NCBI GenBank assembly: GCA_040954595.2
Contig: CM082592.2
Coordinates: forward strand, 11,627,912-11,691,911
Source of the DNA: Balanoglossus misakiensis
Taxonomy: Eukaryota > Animalia > Hemichordata
Direction of reading: 5' to 3'
Length of the DNA: 64,000 nucleotides
The position numbers and the translations under genes were made by a program. Shown here in pieces: positions 27,701 through 40,000 of this stretch (position 1 is the first letter of the stretch; every line of letters begins with the position of its first letter). A model generated the notes under the pieces. That model did not search any database, was not told where the DNA came from, and was given only the letters and a program-made list of their open reading frames with translations.

Positions 27701-30700
27701 TCATGCAGATTTATCAAATCCAATTGGATTTGTATCGGAAGGAAACAAGCAACAATAAGTCATGTTTGGGGCAATAATTCAAGTCAAACGGACGATAAAA
27801 TGTTCAGCGTTTTATGAAGAAGTCTCCAGGTTTATTGAGGATCTGTTGTGTGATGGCGTGAGCATCTCTGTATTTTGTACATGCTCTATCCTGTTTACCG
27901 CAAGCTCGTCTGATTAACGGATACATGGATCTCCTTGCAAAGGATTAATACGAGAAACGGCCTCAAGGCAAAGCTATCAAACTATCGCATGTTTGTGTTC
28001 ACCTCAAAATTGCTTATATACAATATTAAAATCAAAACACCGGCTGAATTTCAGCAGTGTGGCCATAACTTGAAAATGCCCTAGCCATTTTATTTGGCGA
28101 GAGGGAAGAGGGTGGTTAGGGTGAATTGAATAACTGGTATGGCTTCAAATTCAACCAATTGCATGGTTTGTAATTTGCATGACAAATGAATAAAGATGTT
28201 TATCCAAATTCAGCAAATCACAAGGTTTTGTATAATAAATGAACAAAGCACACTGGGTAATAAAAACAACTTCTGACGTCATGGTAACCCAATTTTCAGT
28301 TGGAATCAAAGGTCGTACCAGTCCCTCCATAGCCTTCTCTAACTCTCTCTCCCTGGCAGCAAGCTTTAAACGGATAACACATACAGGAACACCATATCAT
28401 GTTATCAGATTGCAATAATTTTCCTGCGAATGCCTAAGGTGAACCTGGAACACAACATCCTTACAACAAATTGGTTTTTACTGCGTTTTTGCTACAGGCA
28501 CTGTTTTTGTGGAAAGGGAGAGGGAAAAACATGGAATGAAGCCGAGATGAGAGTACCTCAAAAGTTAACGACAGTAAACAATGAAAAAGAACATTTTCTT
28601 TCTGCCCTCAAGTGGTTTACATTCACAATTTGAATGATACCGTTGCAAAACCAATTTTGGCCCTCAGCACAGAACATGTTCACATCTCCAGTCTCCAAAT
28701 GCTTTCATTTCTGTGGTTACCTACATTTTTTGTTCCACACAAAAATTCTCTTCTCATGTAAGGGTTTCCGGTGAACAAACGAAAAACACTTGAATGGAAA
28801 CACAACCACAATTCAAGCGTAGCTCTGAAATTATTCTCAGGGAGACAAAGTTTTCTGGCTATAAACTGGCTAGATCTTGTTGTTTTCATCTCATTTGAAA
28901 TCTGGCGAGAATTACGTTTGACCAAAGATTATCAGTTAAATGTTACATTAAAATGAAGGAAAGAGGGAAGGAAGAAAGCTGTTGCAATAAACTGCCGCGG
29001 TAACAACGTTACTTTATTTGGAACTTGACCCTGATATCAATTTAAATGTAAAACAGATCGAGTACGTTCTACACAGCAATCACTGGATGACCGACGACTG
29101 GCGTTTATGTTTGCAAAACAGTTTTCCATCGAAGAGGGAAGAACGAGAGAAAGAATCGGCTAGAATGCCATTAAGGCCTGCTCTTTCACTGTCTGCCAGT
29201 GATATATTATCTAGGATTGTATGCATGCGATATAGAACTCAACGAAGTATTGCCCATTCCCAGGAGTATTTGGGAGAATCTCTCTATGCATGAAGATGGT
29301 GATCCAATCTGACAAAGAAGATTTAACAAAGGTGGATGGGGTCACCAGGAGGCTTTCCGTACAGTTCCTGTCAGAGATTTATCAACTTGTGGCTGCTTGC
29401 ATCCGTTGTGATATACGGCACTAGTATTTACAGATGTCAGAATTTCTTTATCAGTCGCCGACCCTTTCATTGCCTGTCCCCTGACCTATGACTTTCGATC
29501 TTGTCATCAGCTACCATTTTCTGCTTGCAGATTTCATCAATATCTATCATACAGTGGGATGACATAGAGGCATTTCAAAGAGATCTGGCATCGTTCTTCC
29601 AGGAATTCGTGAATTAGTATTCGCCACACATCATGTCCAATTTTCTAATATTCACACACATTCTGTTAAAAAGTGGCTGAGAAAATGGCAAGAAAATTAA
29701 GTTTCTAGACTTGGTTTTGCACAGTCACTGTACAGGCCACTACGTACATTCACAGCATAAGACTACAAGCTGGACGCCAATTGTGCTTTGTGGGGAGGCA
29801 GTATTATTTTTTACCCATTTGCCAGTAATTCTGTGTCTTGTCATGAAAGGGTGGCTAAATGGTTCAAACTGATCAATTCTGATGTGAAATCCCATTCTCT
29901 CTTTGATGACAGCAATGTCTCCACCTCAAAGTATAGCAAGCCAATTTCCTGTTTGCCAATTCGTTGACAGTCTGATATGAATGTGTGTCTTTTTTTTCCA
30001 AACATGATTTCAGAAAACATGACAGGGACACTAGCGAGCCCATCAGAAAAAGAACATTACGTCAGTCTTTGTGTCAGTTGCTGGTTAACTTTCAAATCTT
30101 TCAACGTGTTTGAAACTGATGGACTTGTATCTCTCCTACTGGGAAATGAAAAGTGAATTTTGATGATTTCCATCTCCAGCCAATTTCGACAGGTAATAGT
30201 ATAAAACCCAAAACTGCATCAGGAACCAAATGTACCACATACGGTCAATTTCTCAGGAATCAACCGTCGCAAAATTGGAAATTAGCCTCTATTACTTGTC
30301 AGTGATGAAAGACATCGCCAGTGAAAAAAATTGTAATTTGATTTGTTGAGTGTAACCCATGTTGACAACTTACAGTCACGTGACTTTTTGATAAATTCTG
30401 TCTGATCTTTGACATTTTTTCAGAAGTCTTGGCAACAACAAAATATATCAAATTTAATGATTGGATGCATGGCAACAAATGATGATTATACGATTAGTAA
30501 TTAGGTATCATATTAAAATTGTCATTGTACAAATCGTAACAATACAGATATTGAACACTGTCCTCAAACCACACAGTAACAGTACAGTCAGTGCAGCAGA
30601 ATCTTACACCAAAGCAAGATGTACAATGTACACTGCAGGAAAAAAGAGGGTTGAACATACAGCTTTCAAGCACTGAACAAGACTGATGCATAGCAACTTA

Positions 30701-33700
30701 AAGCACAGCAACTTCTGCTAAAACAGAAAGTAAATGAAAATTCTGGTTCAAAGGTTATGGCAGGATTTGATCTCTGCAATGATAACAACATGAGCCAATA
30801 GCAAAAAGCCCCAGTACCTTCATCTGAAAGCAAAACATCGTTGCCGTTAGTGATAAGACCGCAGCATGAAGGACGACAATTACCAATCTTGGGCACTACC
30901 ACTAAAACCCGTATCAAGAACTCTTCTGTGAAACACCTTTCTGATGATGACAATATGACGCATCTTGGTGACATCATAACGACATCTCAACGCGGCAATT
31001 ACAGCAACTAATGAGTCAATTTCAGACAGATTCTGTCAATTTCAGTTGCCAGGTTGCAACCATGTCTTCCAAACAAAAGGCAATTCCGAGTCCCGCTGAG
31101 ACAAAATACGATAAGTCCGAATGTTCATTTCGGCGGAGAAACGCGCCGTCTTTATGCCGCACATTTCATTCCCGGCAAAGTCCTCCAAAATCCAAATTGA
31201 ATTGGCCCTCTTAATTTGTAAAACTATTATGCAGCTAAGCTCTGGGAAATAGGTTTCTGCATCGCCCATACCTCGAGTGGCTTCCCAGTAGAGAGAGGGG
31301 GGGCTGCTTTCTTTTGTCAAGGAAAAACTACATTATGACCTGGCGATTACTGACCAAAGGACTCAATATAAGGCAGAACAAATTGGATTACACATGTCTA
31401 TTTCAAAGCATCATGCCTGGCTGGAGATGAAAATTGACCGCCTTAGCATTCACACAGGAAAACAAATCTGATTAGGTTCCTATAACCTTTGTATGTTGAT
31501 AGGATTTTTAACATGATCATCCGGGAAGTGAAGACTGAGGCAAGTCGGGCGACGGTGCTGGGTTTTGCGTTTTGAAGTACACACAAGAGATTATTCTGCG
31601 AGGAGGGCATAATAACACTGGTGAAACAACGAAAAACTCCCTGCAACGGCTGTGACAACATCAACAGAGTAGAAAATATAGGACAATTGCTAGTAAATCA
31701 GATGATGGTAATGATGATGCCAATGATAGAAATGATGATCACAATCAAAATCTTTCTGAGTATTCCTCCACAGCGGAAAGACACTTGGAACGGATGCCAC
31801 CAAGGAGTCTGAGATGAGTTAAACTGCAACACACACTGGCCACAGCCTGAGTACCCTCCACACTAAATGACATGTGTGGTATCTGGGTGTTGGTGATCAT
31901 GACATTATGTTCACAATCAGACACTGAAGTTCCGTACTGCCTTACAACGGTGCCACACTGCGGAAGCATGAGTCATTGGGCTTCACTAGGCAGGGTCAGC
32001 TTTGTAATAATAATACTACCTAGTGACATGGCAATGAACCCTTACAATCAACACAGATGTCATTCACAAAATCCAATAAAATTGACATCTTCATTACATC
32101 TACTCAGAAACCAGTGACTTGAGGGATCTCTGTATACAGTGGCAAACTTTTTATTCCAACTTTGCTCTTTTAATCCTAATCTTATCATCTTGTTCAAATT
32201 CACAAAAAGATTATTTTACTTCTGAGACTGTTGTTGGTACTTTTGTTAATGTGTGAGAAAATCTAATGTTTTGGGCATTTAATAACGGTTTGAATGTTTA
32301 CATTTCTCAGGCCAGAAGATCTACATGCAGATGTCCAGCGACTTCAAATCAAGGGGAAGCGTTCTTGTTGAAGAGATTACAATACTTTTCTAACTTGCAC
32401 AAAATCAAAAGTTGTGGTGGTAATCCCATCTTTTGTTTAGTATAAGCTTTCGCATTCAACCGGATTAAACAAAACCTTCACTCAATTAAGCTTTGAAAAC
32501 CACTGAACTTGAATACATAAGCCATGTGATCTGCCCACAGCTATGATTTGGGTGAAAACAACCCATGATTGATAAAAGGATTTCCAGACATGTTTCCAGA
32601 ACTTTTGACGGCTTTCAAATTCCACTAACTTTAATACCTGCTGCCTGCTTTTCCACTGCACCAAACACAGAAACAGGAGAAAAACTCAATAAAGAAAAAA
32701 GTGTGCGAAATGACCACGAAATCCCTGACGGCTTTCCCAGACAACACAACAATTGAAATTTACCCGTTTATTACGGCAACTTAGCTAGTAATTACAAACA
32801 ATAGACACACACTTCCCGGGTAATTGTATTCAACTTTGAAAAACCCCTATAATTAGGTTTTAAATGCTCCCCTTTGGGACAGGCCTGCTGGAGGATAATA
32901 ATCAAATTTGGTTGTACAATACAGCTTGGCAAGTACACCCCCCTTCTGCAGACACGAAACTCGGTCTAATGGTTTCGTTGTGTTTTACTGCTTTTGCCGA
33001 GCTCACAAAGACCAATTCGCTGCTAAAGTCTCCATAAAGTGCACTCTCTTGAACAATGTTCACTGTCTTGTTTGCCTTATTGTCTTTTCTTGTGGAAGGT
33101 TTTTGACTTTTCAGGTAAAAGAAATGGCTTAAAAGACCTTCCAATTAAGCGTAGTGTTTAACAGTGCCCGTTACAGAAAAGAATGCTGCTATATATACAC
33201 AGTTGGACTTTCCGCTGTGAGCATTGATCTAGTCGCATGTTGTAATGCACGCTTCACTCGTAGTCACGCATACTTTCAAGACAGCATTTGAAATCTTTTA
33301 GCTTCATGCACTTGCATCATCTTTCATTAAAAAACTGACCAAACAATAAAAACCACATTAGTGAAGTTAAAATGCAGAGAAGAAAATAACACTTAAAATA
33401 TTCCCATCGCCGATTTACCCGGTGGGATATCTTGAAGGTCAGTCAGTGTAAAAAATAATGATTCAAACTGCAAGTTGATTTCCATTTATATCTTCTTAAT
33501 CCCCTGTTCCATACTCGATAATTTTTTTGTCACCAGCAAGCAAGACTGGCCACTATGCATCTCCCTTGTGATCAGACTTGATCCAGTTTAATTGTCACAA
33601 AAAGTTTTCATGTTAATGCCGATATGTCTTCTGTAAAACCGCAGCATTAGGTTTCTACGGTTACACTCGGCAGGTAAATTCTCAATAAATGTAATTAAAC

Positions 33701-35977
33701 TTCCGAGTTGTCGTCATTTTAACTATATGTATATTCTCATCACACTTCACCTATATTTTTTTGCTTCAGATAATTAAGGTTTTGTTTACACCATTTTGCT
33801 TTTTACATTCAACTTCAGGAGGACTGTTATTTCGCATCCATATAAAGTTTGAATCGACAACTTGCCTCACCACTTTACTGACAGACTAAGATTTTACAGT
33901 CATTCCAACTTGACTTCTCATTTCGACTCGTGTCAAATTTCCGTGTCAGTTTCTCACCGCTTCTCTGTGTCAGTTTCACTTAAGTGCCCCGTGTTTGCAT
34001 GGGAGAGAAAAAAATAACATATCACACAGATGGGCGGCTGACAGTTCTCCCCAGTCAGTGCCTACAAACAGTTACTCTTAAAACAGTAGCTGTCACGGGG
34101 GAATCACCGCTCTAAGCCCAGACGGGCAGAGCTAGCTTATTGGGCGAAGTGGTGAAGATAAAATAAAAACAGTTCAATTGTAGGTACCTTTTACGCCAAA
34201 TCCCTGTAGTTTAAAACATGATTGTCTACAATCTGGATGGCTTTCTCCGTTCTTTCTCGATTTGACATCGCATCAGGAGGATGTTAATTTGTCCACTTTC
34301 AACAAGCCATGTTCTCACCACCCTGATGTGTGACCTGAACACAAAAGGCTGTCTGTTCTGAGTTCAAATTTACTTAAAGCAGAATTTCTGTATTCTCTCT
34401 GAATCATCTATTGTAGACTCAATCTAAAAAGGGCAAACATTTCAGCAACCACGAATATGTGACTTTCCTGTTCATGAAATATGCATTTCACCCCACAATA
34501 TTAAAATCAAAATAGCTGCAAAATGTAAGTATTACAATTTGTATCATACTCCGCAAACATTTTGCATGTAGCTACTTTCCTTGTGCTTTTGTGTATACTA
34601 ACATCAAGCACATCAGTTGCCTGGGTCTCAGATGATTGAGGAGAGAGCAGATGACAGCCACACTTCCAGAGGAGACAGAAGCTGTAAATTGGATCATTTT
34701 TATTTTCAAACATTTTTTGCGTTTGAACCCCTTATGCTCTGAAACATCCTGTATCTAGCGCGACATCACAGCCCACATACTGTGAAGTGACATGCACATG
34801 TATTGTTATTGTTGACAACTGACATTAATTTAATTTCAATGGAAAATGACAATGCTGGGTGAGAATGTAATGCTGACGGTCTGAACAGTGAAATGCCCCA
34901 GTAGGATGTACACTGAACAAAATGTGCCTGATGGAGAAACAACAAAATCACCTCAATATCTGCGTGTTAAACGAGACAGCACCCTCCCTCCCAACTCCCC
35001 CACTCCTCATTTCACAATCTTACAAAAGCAAAAATAAAGATTGAACATATACGAGAGACATATCGGAGTATCACAATAGCTCTAACAGTATACAAAACCA
35101 ACTCTGTTACACGAAACGAGAAACCATTTGCCTTGTACCATCTTAACTATGATTGAAAATAATAAAAAGAACCACAAATGCACAGGAACAAGAAAGTACT
35201 TTTTGTCCAGTCATATATTTTTGTCTTTTTTACTGCAGGGCAGTCAGCTCATATCAAGAACCTCTGCGGTTTCGGGGAAAGGCATTCTGAGTGAAGTTTT
35301 CTATGAAAACTTAGCAACAAAAGAAACTGAGTCCTGTATCTGACAACAACAAAATAACTCAGTTATTCGGGATGCATATGCAGCTAATTCTGGACTGCTA
35401 TTCTCCTAACAAATAGTTTCTAAGTTAGTAATTGGTTTTTAAGTTTGCCAGAAGGCGGCAGGCAGAATCGCTTGTCACATGTTGAAAAGGGGTATCAAAA
35501 ATTCATATCTTATTCCAACTGTTGAGCCTGACACACAAAAGCTGGGTATGCAGCAAGAGTTGTTGTTTTGCTGTGGGGCAAACTCCAGCAGAGTACTCGC
35601 AAGTGTGAAAGCATCGACACTGAATGGGAACCGAGAGAAAGAGAAGGTGGTTTGTCTCACATGAGAATTCTGCGAATTCTGCAAGCAATTTTTTCAACGA
35701 GAGTGTTGCATTGTTCTCTCGTGTTTGCTGAGATACAACAGGGGACTTTCCGAGCTGTTTGGGGATTCAGCCCCTTTAATCACATCATGCTCCTTCACTC
35801 TGTTTTTATAAATTTTCTGTAGTTCTGTGATATTTTTTGTCTAGAGTAACAGAAGATTCTCAAGTGAGGGCAATTTTGGAAATGCAAACAAATATCAGAA
35901 AAGGAAGACGTGAATCCTACATAAAGGGTATGTTTACAGACGGGAAATACAAAAATTCAACTTTTCTCCCATGACAT

Positions 35978-35991
35978 GTTACCATGGCAAC
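35978..35991. promoter_or_regulatory. RFX X-box motif
   Basis: GTTACCATGGCAAC, an exact match to the GTTNCCATGGNAAC consensus. Confidence 0.5.
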
Positions 35992-37009
35992 TTGGGTGAA
36001 TTTGAGGATCAAATAATTTTACGCAGCTTGATTATTTGATTATGACAACTTGGATGATTATGTTTCAGAACACATTGAGTGGAGAAGACACAAAGTCTTG
36101 CTTGATAAAGACGATCACAGATAAATCGGCCTATGTTCTTGATCGCCATAGATTTTACACACTTTGATATTTGGGGAGAACTGCCTTCTTTGGAGCCAGT
36201 CCCTAGTGATTTCCGAGTCTAGTCTCTGATGATGGTGTCGCTCGGACATTTCGGCAGACACAGGGATTGGGATCCATCATCTAGAAAACCCCTTAAGCCT
36301 CATTAAAATTTAAACGATTCCTCCGAACTGCACACGCGGCTGCTTTGGCCTTTTCTAGAGGGATTTCGTTGCCGCTGCATATAGATGCAGCAGCTAATCT
36401 TTGCAAAGCTGAATGGAAATGAAGAAAAAGCGACGCAGCGACAGGAAAAAGCAGGTGATCAGATTGGGGACTACAGAAAACCCCCTGCGTACGGCCATCT
36501 TGTTTTTTTTTTTGTGAAATGTCAGCCTGTTTACAATACAAGAGGAAATCCTTTCACATTTTTCATGAAAGTGCTTACTTTCTAAGTACCATGAAGTTCC
36601 TCTCGGGGAGAACTCACTAATGGCACTTCCATTCATGCCCGACTTTCCACACAATAACTTTATTGTGCTGTAACATTTTGGGGGAATATATGCACAAAAT
36701 TAATTTTTAAAGAGCTGGCTTTATAGTCTGAATAGCTTACTTCCTGGTATGGTTGGCGAGGGGAAAACCTGTCAATCTCTAAACAGCTGCTTCAGTGCTA
36801 CGGACAAATACTTTGTAAGATATATTGACTGTCAGAGGGTGAATCTACCCCATCATGGTATTATATTCGACATTAATTTTTCAAAAAACATAACAACCAG
36901 CAAATGAACACAAAGGAACTAAGTCTTTCTTTTTTATTCCTCTGGTTGCATTTGTCTTTGCACACACATACACTCAGTAGACTAGACTGAAGTATTTATT
37001 TAGCCTGCA

Positions 37010-37091
37010 GTGCACCAATCACAGATGGCCTGTCACGGACATATCTGATGTGCACCAATCAAAGATGGCCTATCACAAATATATACGATGT
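37010..37091 (+). repeat. Tandem duplication of a 40-bp CCAAT-containing unit (2 copies)
   Basis: gtgcaccaatcacagatggcctgtcacggacatatctgat followed by gtgcaccaatcaaagatggcctatcacaaatatatacgat. Confidence 0.8.
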
Positions 37092-40000
37092 AAGTGGTGA
37101 CTTCTCGCTACGTGTGTTAGCAGTGTGCATCTTCCTAATCATGTAGAAACAATCCTGAGATATGCTGAAAATTGGATGTGCATTGTACACGATGGTTGTA
37201 TGATCACATTATTGGAAAAGCCAGATGACAACAGAGCTATAAAATGACACATCTTTACAGTTAAAACGTGTCAGTCTCACGCTGATAAAGCCAGTTCAGG
37301 ACAATAAAAGCGGAATGAGAATTGCGCAATCAGTGGGGCAAAATATGGATTGGGAGAAGTCAGTGGATGTTATTTATTAGCTGCGGTTCAGAGAATTTGC
37401 AATGAGGACAATTCATCACTATGAAAAGGGCATCAGCTTTGCTTTTGTGTTTGGGATAATCCCCGTGAAAAATATGAAGCTGAGCAAGGGGAGTTGGGAG
37501 GGAGTGAGTTTTTTTTTTTTTTTTTTGGGGGGGGGGGGAGGTGACAACACAAAAGAAATCTGTCATTTGCGAGATAATGAAGTGTGAAACAAGCATTGAG
37601 TACTTGAAAAATGACAAAATGTCAACAGTGAAATGGACAGAAATTTATCAAAAAATTGGCACTGTTGGTTTAGGGATAGAGGCAGGAAAGACAGATGCGT
37701 AAGCCTGAAGCATGATAATGAGCATGCATACTTTGGACTCGGAGAAATCGAGGGGATTTGAAACAGGAGGAAGATTTTGGCTCTTAAATATACACTCGAT
37801 ATTTTATGCAAACGTTCAAACTGAGGGGATATTATATCAATGATTTATGTCATTAAAAATGTGATATTTCTGGAATAAAAATGGAGCTGATAATTTTGTA
37901 GAAATGTTTCAGGCTGTACTTGTCAATGATAAATGATATCGAATGAGTAGGATGTTAGTTGACAGTGATGAAAAAGAGGATTTTCTTGATGTTTTGTTAA
38001 AATTGTGATAAATCTGTCATCCCATCAGCAGTTCAACTTTGGTTCAAGCACTGTTGTTTTCATTGGTGAAGGTTAGACCCACAGACAAAAAGTTACGATT
38101 ATGCCATTTTCTTGTAAAGTTGTGAATTCAACTCTTGAGAATCGAAGTTCTGAACACAAATTTCTGAACAAAAAAGTAAACCTCCCAATTTCTTTCCTAC
38201 TTTTTTCAAAAGTATTTTTTATGACACAGAGTATGAAATTTATTCATAAATGAAGAACTATGCACCAGGGAAGCTGCAGTGTTCAAAATTATCTGTCATT
38301 TTCAAGAGATTGCGAACTGTCAAAACACTCATGCAAGTTTGACATCCAAGGTATGTAATTACTGTTTCTCCTTCAACCAGAAGATTTTCTATTAAAAGTA
38401 CAATAACAGTTTATACAAATGCAATACGACTGTGCACTCTGAGGGTAAAATTTTAGAGAAAATGCTTTGAAAGAAAATTATCAATTATTCGGCATCCATC
38501 AAAAGATTTGACAGTTTCCATCGAACGTCTCACCGGCAAAAAATCCAAATCATTAATCACAAGAACTCGGAATACAGATTAGTGCATTTGAAAGCAATTA
38601 CGCGCAGTTCAAAAGAGCAGCCTGGCTTTAATGTGTTGATTGGTGAAACTCTATGTTTGCTTTTGTAATAATGGACTTTAAATGTAAAAACTGGCTGATA
38701 GTCTACTTTTACAGCGATCCCCTTTTGAATAAGGGTCCAATTTGAACATTAAAGATGACAGAGTTTATAACTAAAGCAGAGGTGATAACTATTTATTTAG
38801 CAGGAATGATTGTGATTTACAACGAAATGAAAGTTACATTTAACAAAGTCAAGTATTTGTCAACAGTACACCCATTCAAATGTGTACACTAGTAACCTAG
38901 CAATCAGAAGCTAATTCATCTTTTTTCTTTCTATTTTATGAGCTGGACTGGACAAGACCTAAAGGTGGATCCAACTCAACACATCTAGGAATGAGGAAGG
39001 CATTGCAGGAGTTTGTGGAAAGCCCAACTTTGCAGTTTGAGTTTCTACGAAGACGTCTTTGAGCAGATAATGAACACTGGCAATTTAACTGTAAATATGA
39101 TCAAGAACAACATTGTATCCAGTTGTTGGACAGTTCCCTTTGAGCCAAGCCGTGTTTGCGTTTACACGAGAGGTGCAGTAAACAGAGCTGACAATTCAAG
39201 AGTGAGGGAAATGCAAACTTGTCCTCCAAGTAAGAGAATGCTAAAACAACAGTTGCTCATCAAGTAGATTAAACAGGAGACGGCAAATATTATCTCATAT
39301 TTCCTCTCCTCAGAGGGTTTTAGTCCTCCTTGATATCTGCCGCCGTTGCAGCCAGCCACTGGCAGAAATCCCAATGATAAGTAAAGACAACAAGGAAAGA
39401 AGAAGGATGGTAGCGATGATGCTGATGATGCGCGGTAATAGAACAGGAACGAAAAGCTCCCTGTCAGACGCGTATCCCATCATCCATCATGTGGCTTCCC
39501 CTTTACTGCCTGAATGTGCTTATCTCACATACACGGCCATTTAAGATGCCTATCATCCGTGCCTTGATTAACCTTCATTAAGACGGCGTGTGGCTAATGG
39601 CCCACAAAGATAATGCCGTTGGATCTTGTTCACCCTCTGCTTTTTCGACTCCCGCTTTACACTGTGGGCTAGTCGCTCTGTCTCTCTCGCGCTCACAGAG
39701 CGGAGACAAGCGAACAAGAGGTGTGATAAATGGTCTGGTGGTTTATTATTAGCTTTGTTAACAAAAAGCCCGTCAAGTTGCTGCATTCAAAAGGAAAACT
39801 CTGCCCTTCATACAAGTTTAATGCAATACTTACAATCAAACGGAAACGATAAATGTTTCATAAACCTCCACAATTGAACTGTTCCAAATCCAGTTGTACA
39901 TTTACCATCTCTTCCTTATAAAAGTGACATTTTTGATCAAGTAGGATACACCATTGCCATTTTTTGACTGGAAGTTTTCTATTGAAAGAAGCACTTTCTC

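Noticed and set aside
30213-30226. 14-nt match to miR-217 (actgcatcaggaac)
   Set aside because: The 3' part of the mature sequence diverges and no complementary star arm follows, so there is no pre-miRNA hairpin.
36250-36270. ttcggcagacaca resembling the 5' end of U6 snRNA
   Set aside because: The similarity stops after ~10 nt, with no ACAGAGA box or downstream U6 sequence.
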